A DNA stretch of 64,000 nt from Octopus vulgaris (taxonomy: Eukaryota), in the NCBI GenBank assembly GCA_951406725.2, contig OX597826.1:4898001-4962000 (forward strand). Direction: 5' to 3'. The stretch's first letter is position 1, and the number at the start of each line of letters is the position of its first letter. The notes beneath the pieces were generated by a model, which was not told where the DNA came from, ran no database searches, and was given only the letters and a program-made list of their open reading frames with translations. The position numbers were made by a program, and so were the translations under genes. This document shows positions 30,431-45,934 of the stretch, piece by piece.

Positions 30431-30791
30431 CAACAATAATAACAAACTGTCAAATAGAATAATTTGCGAGATGTGTTCCGGCTCTCCGCTCTCTGAGATC
30501 AAAACTCGTCAAGGTAAAGTTGACCTTTTGTACTTTCGGTGTCGATGAAGTACCGATGAAGAGTTATGAATGAGTAGAGTTATAACAGCTGAAGCTGAAG
30601 AGGAATTGTAGTACTTGTCCCGATATTTTGCGTTCTCATAGCAACGCCTTCGACAAAACTAGTGCCAAACTTTCTTGTCCGTTGTCCTTCCTTTAGACAA
30701 AATCGATGGCGGTGTGCTGAACGGAGAAATCCATGTAAGGGTAACTCATGATCTTCTTTTACAATAACAACAACAATAAAAATAATAATAC

Positions 30792-31192
30792 TTTCGAATT
30801 TTGGCATAAGACTAGCAATTTCAAGGAGACTGATTTAATCGATTACTTCGACACCTGCGCTTAACTGTTACTTATTTATCGACTTAGAATGGGCAAAAGC
30901 AAAGTCGACCTCAGCGGCATTTGAACGTACATACTGAAGAAATGTCAATAGCCATTTTATCCGGTGTACCTGCCGCGTTAAGATTTCAGATTATGGCACA
31001 AGGCCAGCAAATTTTTGAGGTAAGGGTAAATCGCTTACAATCATCATACTACTTGACTCGTACATTATTTTCAAAAGGATAATAGGCGAAGTTGAGACCT
31101 CAGTGAGATTCAGAACTGTGAACGTTAAGAGCAGAAAGAAAGCCCACTACCCATATTCTCCCACACGCTAACGATTCTACTATATCGCCGCC
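30792..31192 (-). mobile_element. Two tandem diverged SINE group A copies
   Basis: The GGCACAAGGCCAGCAA-type tail occurs twice, with GCAAAGTCGACCTCAGCGGCATTTGAAC core sequence. Confidence 0.7.
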
Positions 31193-31199
31193 TGTATGA

Positions 31200-31487
31200 C
31201 TGGTATTCTGTCGGTTACAGCCTGGTCTTGAAATTAACGTACTAGTCGATGAGAAATTCACAGACAACGTGTACGCTTAACGTAGTACTCTGGAAGATTC
31301 AGCGTGACACGGAATATAAGGGTGGCCCTTTTGAATGACAGGTACAACTTAATTTTGCCAGCTGACTTCATTGGAGCAATGTAAAAAAAAGAAATTGCCT
31401 TGTACAAGTATAAAACGTGCCACCGAGAATCGAACTTAGGACCTTACGATCGTGACCCGAATACCGTTACCACTAAGCCACGCGCCT
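31200..31487 (-). mobile_element. Diverged SINE group B copy (tail Y)
   Basis: Ends CCACTAAGCCACGCGCCT and contains GATTCAGCGTGACAC, the reverse complement of tail Y sequence. Confidence 0.7.
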
Positions 31488-31549
31488 TAAGCTTTGCATT
31501 GGAGAATAACTTCCACCCTATAGAAGCAAAATTTACACATTTCATGTAG

Positions 31550-31594
<45 letters not shown>

Positions 31595-32124
31595 ACAGCA
31601 GCAACGTTAGTTTAAACGTGTACAAATGTGTACATACTAATTTTCCTGAGAAACAAAAAAAGAAACAAAAAACAAGACACTCATATGAATTTATAGATAC
31701 ACGCTCACCTACACACACAGAAACACAGGTAGAGAGGACCATACACACACACACACACACACATATCTGAAGTATAACCACGCATGTACAAACAATGTCG
31801 GAATTGGCAACACGTCATAGCGTGACAATTTGCAAAAGAGGTAAAATAACTTATTAAGTTCACATCAGAGCACCAGAATTGGCACAACTCACTCACATCA
31901 ACGCACAGACTGATACACACACATAAACACATATACACAGACATACGCACACACACACGCGGGCGCACACACACATATGTACACATATATTACTGCATAC
32001 TCAGACACATACGTGCACACACGTACACAGGCACATATATATTATGGCCTGACTACAGTCGGGTAGCTGCTGACGTATATGTGTGTGTGAGTGTGTGTGC
32101 ATGTATGTATATACACATACACAA

Positions 32125-32192
<68 letters not shown>

Positions 32193-32601
32193 ATGTACAT
32201 GCACACATATATGTACGTAAGCAAACATACATATTCATACTACCTATAGCGCGCAAATATATGTGCACACAGACAATATGAGAACACGTTACTCGTGCTA
32301 CTTTCATCTAGGCTTACTAGAAATATCAGTCAAATGTTGGTGAATTACTCTTTTGTAAATGGAAGGTCCTTTGATGGAGGGTGAAACTGTTATTATAATG
32401 GTTTTAAATCGTATTCCTTGTTGATTCATAGTTAAGCCTCAACATTACTATAAAACATTTTGCCGCATGCAGCTTTATGAGCTTGGCCGTCACTCGCAAG
32501 CGAGTCTGACCTGGTACTCGCGTTCGTTAACTGTATTGCGTACCTGTGTTGTTCTTCCACCTTTGATCCAGCAGTACATCGCGTATGTGACAGCTGGAGA
32601 T

Positions 32602-32634
<33 letters not shown>

Positions 32635-32864
32635 CGCAGGGGGAGAGGGAGAGAGAGAGGGGTGCATAAGTACTAGAGCGGTACTCATCTACAGGTGGGC
32701 AGACTAGAGTGACCTGAAATTTGGTGCTTTAGTCAAGATGGCAATGCATCACCGCGTCTAGGAATCGAACCCTCGACCTCATTGTCATGAATCAATACCC
32801 TAACGACTAGACCTCGCAGGATCTCATATATACACTTCAACAAACTAATGTAACAGCAGTGGCA

Positions 32865-33650
32865 TTCATGTACACATTAATATAATAAAGCACGTTTTTC
32901 ACATGAAGACACCTATGTACACGTTGATAAATACATTTACACACCTGCACACACTAACATAGTAATGACACCCGTGTACTCTAATGATAAAATGAGGCAA
33001 AATCGTACATATGTACACACAGATCAAGTGACAATAACGCATATGCACGGTAATACGTAAAGGCAGCCACACTCTACAGTTATGCTCATGTATACGCTAA
33101 TGTATTGGTACATAGTCACATTCCTGTACTTAATAATATACTAATATATCTCCACATATGTACACATTTTATATAATACACGCAACACAGTGACATGCAA
33201 GTAGACACAATATAATACAACTCCAGTCATGTTCGCACTAATATAGGAACATATTCACAAACACATATAGAAAGTAACATATAAAATATATTACCACGCA
33301 TATACACACTTATACAATAAACACAACACAATCACACACAACTGTAATCACTAATACATGTACACACTAAGGCAGTGAAGCAGTCATATCCATGTATACA
33401 CTTAATGTAAGGCAGTGAAACACATGTTCACACCAATATAATAACACATCCCCGTACATGTACACACTTATATAATAAATAGAATACTGTACACAGTAAT
33501 AAAATAAAGAATACCACACACACATAAACAGACATACACATGTATGCATTCATATAATAAAAACAGTTCCCAACCCCCGATACATCACACCAACATGTAC
33601 ACAATAATAAAACACAGTCAAAACCATGTATACACTAATAATAAAAGATG
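32865..33650 (+). repeat. Highly degenerate tandem array with a ~30-40 bp unit
   Basis: Recurrent (C)ATGTACACACTAAT...CAGTCA motif. Confidence 0.6.
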
Positions 33651-35143
33651 CAAATAAATTAATACATTAACTCAACACATTTCCATTTGTGTGATAACAT
33701 TTCTTTGGAATCTTCTGTAAAATCCAAAGCTAGCTAGATTTAGTACCGTAGTAGGGAGTGAGAGAGGGAAGGAGGTGTAATTTAGTATGTTGTTCTTGTT
33801 TGTTGTTGTTAATACTGTAGAAGTAGTTTGTTTGTTTGTTTGTTTGTTTGTTGTTGGTTCTGTTGTTAGGAAGGAGTTATAGGACCATGAGAGATGCAAA
33901 TTGGTGAAAATGAGAGTTCATGTTAAACAGTATGCCGCATTAATCTCAAGGGAAATCACAAAGCAATGGAGACATAAATACCCCATTCACGCCAACACCA
34001 TTCACCATAATACAACATAATACCATGCACACATACACATAACGAATACAAAAGGAACGAAGATGATACCAACAAAAATAAATTACAAAAATGACATACA
34101 GAGAGAGAGAGAGAGAGAGAGAGGGGGAGAATACTTAATGTATAAACCTCTAAACATACACACATACATATAGTCACACAAAAGCATGCATGTATAAACA
34201 CACATACTCACATATATATACATGACCGTGTTATATTGTATAAAAGATTTTACTTCTCTCTTCTTCAGCGACCAGAGACTGTAGTGCCCCCTCACGGCAT
34301 TTTAATGCTTAAGGATGAGAAGACAGGGAAAAATACAAAAAAAAAAAGAAATAATGAATATAAAATGTAAAAAAATAAACATAAAAATGGCCACGTCTTT
34401 GTCATTACCTCTCACCTTTTTGTGTTGTGATCTCCCTTGGTTTACTTTTTTTTCACATCTCTTCTGTGTGTGTGTGTGTATGTGTGTGTAGTAGTTTGTT
34501 TACTTTTGTACGTGTTTATTACTTTTTTTTTTTGTTGAATCGGAAGAGGGAGGACTCCACTTAGTTTTACTACCGTTAATAGTGCTACAGATGGATATAA
34601 TTCCCAGGATGGTAAAAGATTTGTTGCTGCCTTGCTGCCTATAACAATGCAATCAGTCCTCACACGATACACATTTCTATATGTTCTACTGTTTTTTTTC
34701 CTTCTATTCTTTATTCTTTGTTAAAACATTTTTCCTTTTTCTTTCAAATTTCCCTTTTTGTTTTATTTTCCCGCAGTTATTTATAGATGGAAAGATATAT
34801 TAGGATATTTTTCATAATTTTTATTTTAAATACCCTTGCTTCTTTTTATTTTTTCTTCTTCTTTATTCCACTTCTCAACAAAATATTTTTGCCCATTCTC
34901 CTATTCTTATATGAAATCTAGCTATTTATATTAATAATCCTAGCAAGATATAGAACTGGGTTTAATATATGCTATTTGTACATTGTTTTAATATGTTTTA
35001 GTATATTTGGCTATACATTGTTACTTTTCTTCATACGGTAAGATTTTATATAACTTCAATATATTGCCATTTCTACATTCAGTTCCCATTGCTATTCAAA
35101 GACTATCGCAACATTCTCCCTAACGGACGCAAAAGAAATAGAG

Positions 35144-35197
<54 letters not shown>

Positions 35198-35227
35198 GTT
35201 ATTATTGTTATTATTATTAGTAGTATT

Positions 35228-35852
35228 GCGGCGAGATGGCAGAATCGTTAGAGCGCTGGAGGAAATGCTCAGTGGTGTTTCACCCGTCGCTACGTTCTAA
35301 GTTCAAATTCCGCCGAGGTCGACTTTGCCTTTCGTCCACTGCAAGCCAGCGATCTAGCAGAGTCGTTAGCACGTCGGGACAAATGCTTAGCGTTTTTACG
35401 TTCTGAGTTCAAATGCCACCTGATCGACTTTGTCTTTTATCCCTTCGGCGTCTGTGAAATAATTATCAGCTGAGCACAGTGAGTCGGTAAATACCTGGAA
35501 ATATACTTTGGTTTGAGTTCAATTCCACCGAGGACGACTGTGTCTTTCTATTTTTTCCCGGTGTCAATAATGAGTACTAGCCCGGAACCGGGTATAATAG
35601 TATCGATTCCATCCACCCTTCAAATTACTGGCCTTGTAAATAATTTTTAAAAAAAACATAGCTGTAATTTTGGAGGGAGGGGGATAGCCGATTACATCGA
35701 CCTCAGCACTCAACTGGTACTTAATTTATCGATCCCGAAAGGTTGAAAGGCAAAGTCGACCTCGGCGGAATTTGAACTCGGAACGTAGCGACTGACAAAA
35801 TAACACTTAGCATTTCGTCCGGCGTTCTAACTATTCTTCCAGCCCGTCGCCT
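35228..35852. mobile_element. Cluster of SINE group A pieces: three on + (35228-35640) and one on - (35665-35852)
   Basis: Repeated GTTCAAATTCCGCCGAGGTCGACTTTG-like motifs on the + strand and their reverse complement at 35745-35778. Confidence 0.85.
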
Positions 35853-36661
35853 TTTCAAGCTCTCGTATCACCGAATTCATAAACAAGATTTCGTTCCCCT
35901 TACTTTATATTTTTAACTGCATTTTTCCTTCTAACGTTTTCATCAAACACTCGGCCTCAGCGTAGTTGTCTTATCCTTCCTCAGTTATACTGCTACAAAG
36001 AAAAATGCTAGTTATTGAGTTAGACTGAAGTAGAAATTGAAACCGGGAAAGGGACTCAGACAATGCAACAACTAATAATGATAACACATATTTCTTGTGA
36101 ATATCTATTTAGCCTTTTACTTACCTCAGACACTGGATTGTTTATGCTGGGGCACTTCCTTCGAGGTTTCTTGCCGACATATAGATTTTAAATCACTACG
36201 ATTGAAAACATTCATCAACAGCAACAGCAGTGTTTCCTGAAACAGCTGTAACGATAAACACACATGTATTCAAAAATATAAACGTTTAAATACAAACGCT
36301 AACATGAACTCCTACGTTGGCGTGAAAGTTCTGCATATAGATTCTGTTGGAGTAAATCCGTTCTCAAACATTTGATCGAATGATTCTAATTGATAAGAAA
36401 GATTGAACTCGAAAAACGAAGCTGTGAAACAAACTTCCGAGAAATCCAACCGATTTCTGCGTGCGCATGCCCACGCACGTCCGCGCCCACATATTGGGTA
36501 ATACAAACAGGAAAATAGAATTCAAAACATGAGTATATACGTTTATACATAATCGACAGAATGACTCAGCGGCTGAGAGTTTCGTCAGCTGATAAGTACC
36601 AACAGACGAAGGTCTTAGCCCTTGAGCCACTCTGTAGTACTTCCCGATTTTTAAACAAAAG

Positions 36662-36780
<119 letters not shown>

Positions 36781-37611
36781 GATGAAGAGAGAAAGAGCGA
36801 AAAACAAAGAAAGGTGGAGAGAGATGTGCTTGTATATATATATATATATATACGTGTGTGTGTGTGTAGACGTTATGTATGTCAATCTATCACTTGACTT
36901 ATGCTGATAAAAAGCTCTTTGGGAAACCTCTTAATCAGAAGTTGATTGAAGTATCTCATCATGAAACATCAAGTGACACCATCCCTTGAAATTGATATTT
37001 ATCTCAGCATCATTCAGTCCTCACAATAGCAATGGACAAAACTGAAGTGAAGAATCGAAGATACACACACACACACACGTGCGCGCGCGCGTATTTACAA
37101 TTTACATAAGTGTATAAATATACGTACTAACACGCAGATATATAGCCACGCAACGCACATACACAGACACCCCTACACACACATATGTGTTTGGGTGTAA
37201 TTGCGTGTGTTAATATGCATAATGATTTATAACCTCAAGCACAAAATGGCACATGTGTGTGTATGTGTGTGTGTGGGTGTGCAAATGAGTTAAAGCTGTG
37301 ACTAGGGGGATATGTGATGGTTTGTTTTCGTACCTCTAATACCGAGTCCTAACGTCGGCATAGTAAAATCATACTTTTCTTGTATGGATTTACGGAACAA
37401 AAACACTTACAGTATTTCCTTCGGAACTTTGTCCTCTGATTTCTGACTAAATAAATCACATTTACCTTTACCTTGCATAAAAATAGCACAGAGAGGACAT
37501 TTGAACCTTTGGACAATTTACTGTTGATCTTCCATAAAAGAAGACAAAAGATATAGGTTTATTGATAATTATTTTAGGTGCGTATCATCCCATGATATAT
37601 ACGGGCCTCTG

Positions 37612-37652
<41 letters not shown>

Positions 37653-37686
37653 TAGACATATATATATAGACATATATATAGACATT

Positions 37687-37729
<43 letters not shown>

Positions 37730-37735
37730 TAGCCA

Positions 37736-37915
37736 TGATAGATCGCTAGCCACTACACATTCTTTATTTTTCTCTCCTTTGTTTCTTTCTGTGTTCCTTT
37801 CTGTGGAAGAGCGAAGGCTCGAAACGTTAAATACTTTTTCACTTCCCGAGCGTTATACTAATACATCTGTTTTTTGTCTACACCACCTGTCTTTGTCCTT
37901 TGTTTTGTTTTTGTG
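37736..37915 (+). mobile_element. Penelope-like terminal fragment
   Basis: CTTTCTGTGGAAGAGCGAAGGCTCGAAACGTTAAA, collinear with 4012-4202. Confidence 0.6.
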
Positions 37916-37928
37916 ACCCCCCCCCCAA

Positions 37929-37959
<31 letters not shown>

Positions 37960-38437
37960 CACATGCACTTTCTTTGAGCGGTGTATTTATACCTCCTGTT
38001 GTTTTAATGTGCAATAACTCAAACACACAAACACAAATGTGCATATATGTGTGTAAGTTTAGAAATAGATCCATATATGAACACAAATGACCAAGTCAAA
38101 ACAGAGTGTAACTTTTAGTTTGTCGCCCAATTAATAATTTAGAAAATAGAGCTGGCTTTGACGTTTCGTGTTATGTCCTTTTTTCAAGAAAGGATATTGT
38201 TATAAAGGGGGTAAGAAAGATGTAAACCTACACCTACAAAATACATAAACATATACAATAGTTGATCGTTGTACAAAATCAGTAGAACATCAAATCGATT
38301 GCATCGGAATAATTTTTCCGGCTCTCTGAGCTCCGAGTTGAAATATTTGTTTTGATTTAAATTTATTCCAGAGTCAATACAATTACCAGTAATGCGCGGC
38401 GAGCCATTTATATATTTATTTCCCTATCTCACTCCGC

Positions 38438-38477
<40 letters not shown>

Positions 38478-38534
38478 GTCTGTCTCTGTCTCTGTCTGTC
38501 TGTCTCTGTCTGTCTGTCTGTCTATGTCTGTCTG

Positions 38535-38589
<55 letters not shown>

Positions 38590-38724
38590 AAACTGCTCGG
38601 CAATCATAAGGGTTTTGAGTGAAATAGTTTCTACCATGTCTAAGAAGAAAAAATATCACAGAAACAACGTATTATATAATGGTGCATCTACGACTCCAGA
38701 ATAAAATAAGACCCAAAGCATTAC

Positions 38725-38772
<48 letters not shown>

Positions 38773-39269
38773 TGTGCGTGTGTTTGAATTACTGTTAGTA
38801 TATGACACGGAGACAAAACCAAATAGAAAGGAAATGCAACCATGAAAGATTTAAAGAATGATAAATTGGTGGTGCATCTTATGTAGAATAATTACGTCGT
38901 GTTAGGTACCACTGGTTGTTCTCGTACCGGTGCATATTCCGAATTCCGACCTCCTTAAGGCCGGTCGGTACTGCGTTTCTGTTGTTGAAATAGAAGAGGC
39001 AATACGTAATTATACGAACATAGATGGAAATAAATAAATAAAAATAAAGGAAAATATAAAGCGAATCGTACATAATTATAATTCGCTTAGATGCACACAA
39101 ATCAATACCTCTCTCACCCCCTCTATCTTTCTCCCTCCTCTCCTTTTCTCTCTCTCTCTCTCTGGGACGTCCTCAACTCCTTGAAAAGCATACAAAATTA
39201 TTTATACACACACAGATACATATATGTATATATGTATATGTATATATGTATATGTATGCATGCATATAA

Positions 39270-39309
<40 letters not shown>

Positions 39310-39921
39310 TAATAATAATCATAATGTGCATGCATATGTAATAGAATTGATTTTCATGTAGAGAAAAAAAAAACGAGTAAAACTAAATACAAATGAAAAA
39401 ATATATATGAAAGAGACACTAATTCTTCTCAAGGAGATAACCTTCCATCTCTCGACTAGTACAACAACAACAAGAAAATCAACAGCAGCAATAAAGCCAT
39501 CAATAGCAACAGCAACAACAACAAATCATATATCGATGATAATAATAAAATAATAATATTAATAGTAATAATAATTCAGTAGAAACAAAGCGAAATGTCA
39601 ATAAAAAATATATTAGGAATATTAAGAAGAAAAATAGTGAATGAAAACCCAAATAAAAAGTAAAGTAAATGAAAATAATATGTATGTAGATAGATAGACA
39701 GACAGACAGGCAAACAAGCATACACACATATATATACATTACTATTGATTAGGATACAATTTCGATTAAGCTTTACATGAGATATCACAAACATATCCAT
39801 ATCCATATGCATTTGTGTATGTGTGTGCAATACATACATATATGTACGCATGTGTGATGCGTGTGGATATATATATATATATATATGTGTGTGTATATAT
39901 ATATATGTATATATATATATA

Positions 39922-40096
<175 letters not shown>

Positions 40097-40672
40097 AGTA
40101 TGTATGTATGTATGTATGTAAGTATAGATAGAACAATGTCTACACATTTGTATTTAAATATATATACACTTAAATATCTATATGTCTGTTTGTGTGTGTA
40201 TATGTATGTGCACATATGTATCATGTAGGTATGTATGTGTATGTTCAATATGTGTGTGTGTGTGTGTATAGGCATAAACTATGTAATGAAATGTGTTAAG
40301 TCAGATATACAAGCACATGAGTGCGTCTTATAAATTGGTTCATTAAAATCTCTTTATCCAACCTTTTTTTTCTTTCTCTCTAAACTTGGCAAACAGCCAC
40401 CTCTTTCATTGCATTTCATATATGGACAAAAATAATAATAATAAAACAAAACACTACAAGACAAAAACATTAAAAAAAACATCAAAATCTAAAAAAAAAA
40501 TTTACATTAAATATAAAGCAACAACAACTACAGCAACAACCACAACATCCAAATCTACGATGATCGCCCTTCAAGTATGAACGGCAGCGAAAACGATGAT
40601 GATGTTTATGGAAATAATAAAAGCAACAACAACGACAACAATAATACTAACAACATTTGCTTATTATTAGAG

Positions 40673-40741
<69 letters not shown>

Positions 40742-42954
40742 TATTATTATTATTATTATTATTATTATCTATGAGAAATTTCGACCGCACTTGGCTATCT
40801 AAATTACTGGAGAATTGTTTATAAAAAAACAGATCTCATATACCAAAAATTGTCTCGGACGTTGGTGTATATTTTTTGCTTTTTTGTTTGTTTGTCTGTT
40901 TTTGTTGTTTTCTTTCGTTTGTAAAAAAAAAAACATACACTTCTGTGTGAATACACACGCATTTAGATGAACACATTCAAATTTCTCTTGATGATAATAT
41001 TTGCGTACGTTTGAATTCACTTCATATTATCATTACGTATGTAAGTGTAATGAGGTATACGTTATGTTGGATGTCTAAGTAGACACACATGTAGGACTAC
41101 ACACAGTCATGCGTTCATACATGTATGTATGAATGTATGTATATATGTGTGATGGACTCGCCTGCTGTAAACAACACATGGTGATTCTGCAAATACTTGC
41201 TGAACTTCTTGCATAGCTAAGTTGTTTATAGGGCTCAAAAGATTGTGTTGTAGGTTATTTCACACACTACATGAAGTAAACAAACCCGTACAGGAAGGTG
41301 CACGGTTTACCACTAGTCACGTGTCGAAGTGATCGCCGATCAACGTGTTTTGCCCAAGAACACAATACAACACAACACCTGATCCGGGAATCGAAACAGC
41401 GATCTTGTGATCGTGATTTTATTACCGTGACCACTACGCCACGCAACTCTCTTTATGTATACACGCATACATCTACAAATATATTCGTATGCATATATAA
41501 ATACTTATGCGCGCATATGTGCACTTATATTTATATGCATTATATTTATCTAACCGTGGGTTTGCGTGTGTATGTGTGTGTATGTGTGTGCCGTGTGTGT
41601 GTATACTTGCATAATCATGCAGAGAATAGTTCGTAGTTTGTAAGGAAATCTAGGCGTAGTTCAACTTGTTTTCGAATCTAGCTACACTACGGGATTAATT
41701 TCATTCCGCTCGTCTGCACTTTGTGTGTTTGTCGCTTTGTCTCCCTCTCTCTCTTCTTCTGTCCTCCTATTCACATATTCCCTCGATAGCAGATAATACT
41801 AGAGATATACGACCGTAGGTGAATTCCATGGAAAAAGGACAATGCATGTGTACTCGACTTAGCAGAAAATACGATGGTTTTATTAATCGACCCAGACAGT
41901 TATTTTAGCAGTGCGTTTACAGAAAAATGCCAACACCGTATTCTCTCCTTGCATTGTTTTCTATTCTATTCAATACGTACTCAAGCAACTTCTCGCTCGT
42001 AGACATTACATCACTACCCCGATCTCATTGCCACCTCCAACATCACCACCAACGCCAACACCAACGCCGCCACCTCTACACTGACCCTCATCACCTCCAC
42101 TGTTACTATAACCATGTGTCGAGACGAAACGTTTCTGTCATTTAAGAACTCGAAATGCAATCGATCGAAAACAATGTCTCAGGCGTCAGCCTCAAAACAA
42201 TATTCTCTCGATTCATTCTTTGACCACACCAAAACATTTTAACCTTTGTCTCTTTACGGTTATTTACACTGAGATATTGAAACATGCAGGAATGTGCCTG
42301 TGAGACCATTGAATAAGACGCTCTCCGATTCTCTGATCTTTCGCAATATATGTCTTGACTACGGGCTTTCTTGGGTGGATTGGTTGAAACTATTATACAT
42401 GCTCAAACTTTAGCCACCTCTAATCTTGTTTCCTTTCTTAAGGATCAACAACGCGGTTTCCGCTCAGTTAGAATAACTGAATAATCTCCTACCCCCACCG
42501 CGCTGCCTTTCCCTCTCCCATTCTCTCTCTTTCCCACCCTCTCTTTCTCTCTCTCTCTCTCTCCCACCCTCTCTTCTCATTTTGTGTCCTTTTTGTAGTT
42601 TCACGCCAATATTTCTGACTTCATCCATATAATTACTACCCACCGCATACACATACAAATATGAATAAAATATAGATAAATATATTTACAATATATATAT
42701 TATATAATATGCATTATATGCTATATATATAATGTTATATGTATTAAATATATATATTATATAATATTTATTCTATATTATATATATATATGAAAGAGTA
42801 AGTCTCTACATTGTCACTCGATGTAATAAATGTTGCCAACTTTACCTCAATAGCACAATATCTTCTATATAAATAAGGGCTTATGCATATTGAATTATGT
42901 AGTCAACTAATAGAGCCTGAAAATAAGCGACATGGGATGGGCATGCTTGGAAAG

Positions 42955-43195
42955 CTTTTCGTACTGCGTCTCTTGAACAATAATAAAGAAATAGCAATAA
43001 TAAACAAATTCTATCTGATTGAAGCACGTTTTATAATCTCTTTTACAGTTTTCTTTTCTCATTCCTTTCTGTCGAAGAGCGTAGGTTCGAAACGTCAAAG
43101 ACTTTGCCATTTTCCTGAGTGCCAAACCAATTACACGTTGTTTGTTGTTCTCTTATTTCTCCCTATCTTTTTTGTGCTTTTTACGTTTGAGCTAG

Positions 43196-43258
<63 letters not shown>

Positions 43259-43530
43259 GGTATGTAGAAAAATACAACATGGACAAGAACGTATAACTCT
43301 TAGAAGACGACACAATAAACACGGACAGGACATTCGAAACCCTCAGTCTTCAGTCAAGAACCGGATCATCGTAGTAATTTCGGCTGATGTATGTATGTAT
43401 GTATGTATGTATGTATGTATGTATGTATGTATGTATGTATCTATTTATGTATGTATGTACGTATCGATGTACATATGAGTGTATGTCCTACTGCGTTCTG
43501 CTAAATAAGTTACATGGTGTATATTTGTTC
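42955..43530 (+). repeat. Left arm of an inverted duplication (Penelope-like fragment + (GTAT)n + flank)
   Basis: Reverse-complement match to 46432-46975, including CTACTGCGTTCTGCTAAATAAGTTACA beyond the microsatellite. Has an extra insert at about 43257-43387. Confidence 0.85.
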
Positions 43531-44445
43531 GTTTCCTACTCGCAATTGTACTACAACATCCATTCATGTTTTAGCTCTTTTGTAGTTATACCATCTACCA
43601 CCTTTGTCTACAACAAACAATATTACAGTTACCACCACCACTAGCATTGCCATCAGTACTACCACCGCAACAGCACAAATGTATCTATGCAACATGAGCA
43701 CTTCCAGTACCAACACTGCAATAATAGGTACCATCACTCCCATTTCAAGTCCCAACACCACCGCTGTTAACCTATCAACACACCACTGTTACAAATCAAA
43801 TCTACTCTGTTCGGCTGTTCCTAATATTAATGTTACTTATCTGTATCCTATTCGCCAAATCGTTTCCTATACATTTTGGTCAATAAATCCTAGTTGCACT
43901 TCTTTATTTCCTTCCAGTCCACTTCTATTCATTGTGTGGTACTTCTTTCCATAGTTCTCTTTGCCAGCAACGACCGACCTCAAAAATGTTAGACACGTTG
44001 ATAATATCGACCGTATAAAACGAAACTTGAATAGAAGTTTTAGGGGTCATGGAAAACATATAGACACTTGTCTCCTTACAGTTTGCACCTACATGATTAA
44101 TTAGATAATTTGAATGATTTATATGGAGAATGAAATCGGGGTAATGATAGGATACAGTATGTAGAAATATATACGCATGTACACATACTTTTTTATGTCT
44201 GGCAAACTTCAATTTTATCCATCCATTCATCCACCCTTCCACTTACATCACGTATTTAACGCATTCTACATACCGTTTCATATTATGCCATATTATATCA
44301 CATTCTTGGATTCAATATGGCTGATTCACACGTGTGGATGCGCATGTCAGTGTGTAAGCTTTAGAGTACAAGTTCAGAGCCATATAACGTACACACTTAT
44401 ACTTAGAGGCAAATATGTATGCTTACATACATGTAGATAGATTTT

Positions 44446-44699
<254 letters not shown>

Positions 44700-45371
44700 G
44701 TGTATGTATGTATGTGTGTGCGTGAGAGAGAGAGAGAGAGTTTGTTTCGTGCGTGGGTCTGTATGAAAATTAAGTTTCATATAAGTGCGCTAATTAACTA
44801 TTAACCTGCTTTCTGGAAATATCTACAGATTTTCATGAAGCGTAGGGGAAAAAATAACATTTATTTCTTCTACTTTCATTTTCACTGGATAGTTTGTTTT
44901 TTTAATATCTTCAACTTCCCCTACATTACGAGTATCGCAGCTTGTTTTCCTCTTTCGTTTTCACGGTGATGGGTTAAGATTCCATTAAATTAAGTCTCAT
45001 ACGTTTTTGGATATAATATGTGCAAAAGGTATAAGGTACACATTAATTGAAATTAATACGAAGATTTTATTAACTTAATTAAAGGAATTAATTTTTTTTC
45101 AAAGTAACAAATTGGTGTCACACAGGATGAGAGAAAATGGATTTCGATTATTTTTTATTTATTTCTATATTTTCTTACCATTTGATGGTTTGGTTCCGTT
45201 GTTATTTTTTTTCTTTTTGTTAATTTATTTTTCGTTTTGCTAAGTGACATGATGAAAAGGAACCATTTCCTAAGTGCGAACATATAAATATAAACATATG
45301 TGTATAATAGACACACACACACATACACACACATATATATATATGCATATGTATGTATATTTATATATATG

Positions 45372-45434
<63 letters not shown>

Positions 45435-45456
45435 GTATACATATATACACATATAT

Positions 45457-45501
<45 letters not shown>

Positions 45502-45506
45502 TACAC

Positions 45507-45616
<110 letters not shown>

Positions 45617-45934
45617 ATATATACATACATACACACACACACACACACAAACAGACACACACGCACATATATATTTATATGCGAAGATGTATGTATGGGA
45701 TGTATGAATATATGAGTATTTAGATGCTTCTATGTGTGAAGACGTATATATTCTGTGTGTTTGTGTGTGTGTGTATGTATGTGTGTGTTGTGTGAATAGA
45801 GAATATTTCTGTGACAAGCTGTATCGATGAGAGGACACCGAGTTCAATATTTTACATTAAACGTCTATTCTTTCCTTATTAGTAACTTGTATGTAATTTA
45901 GATTATTCAAATTCGTAAAACCATAAACATTTCA

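Noticed and set aside
32865-33650. CRISPR-like repeat-spacer appearance
   Set aside because: The context is eukaryotic, the repeats are not identical, spacing is irregular and there are no cas genes.
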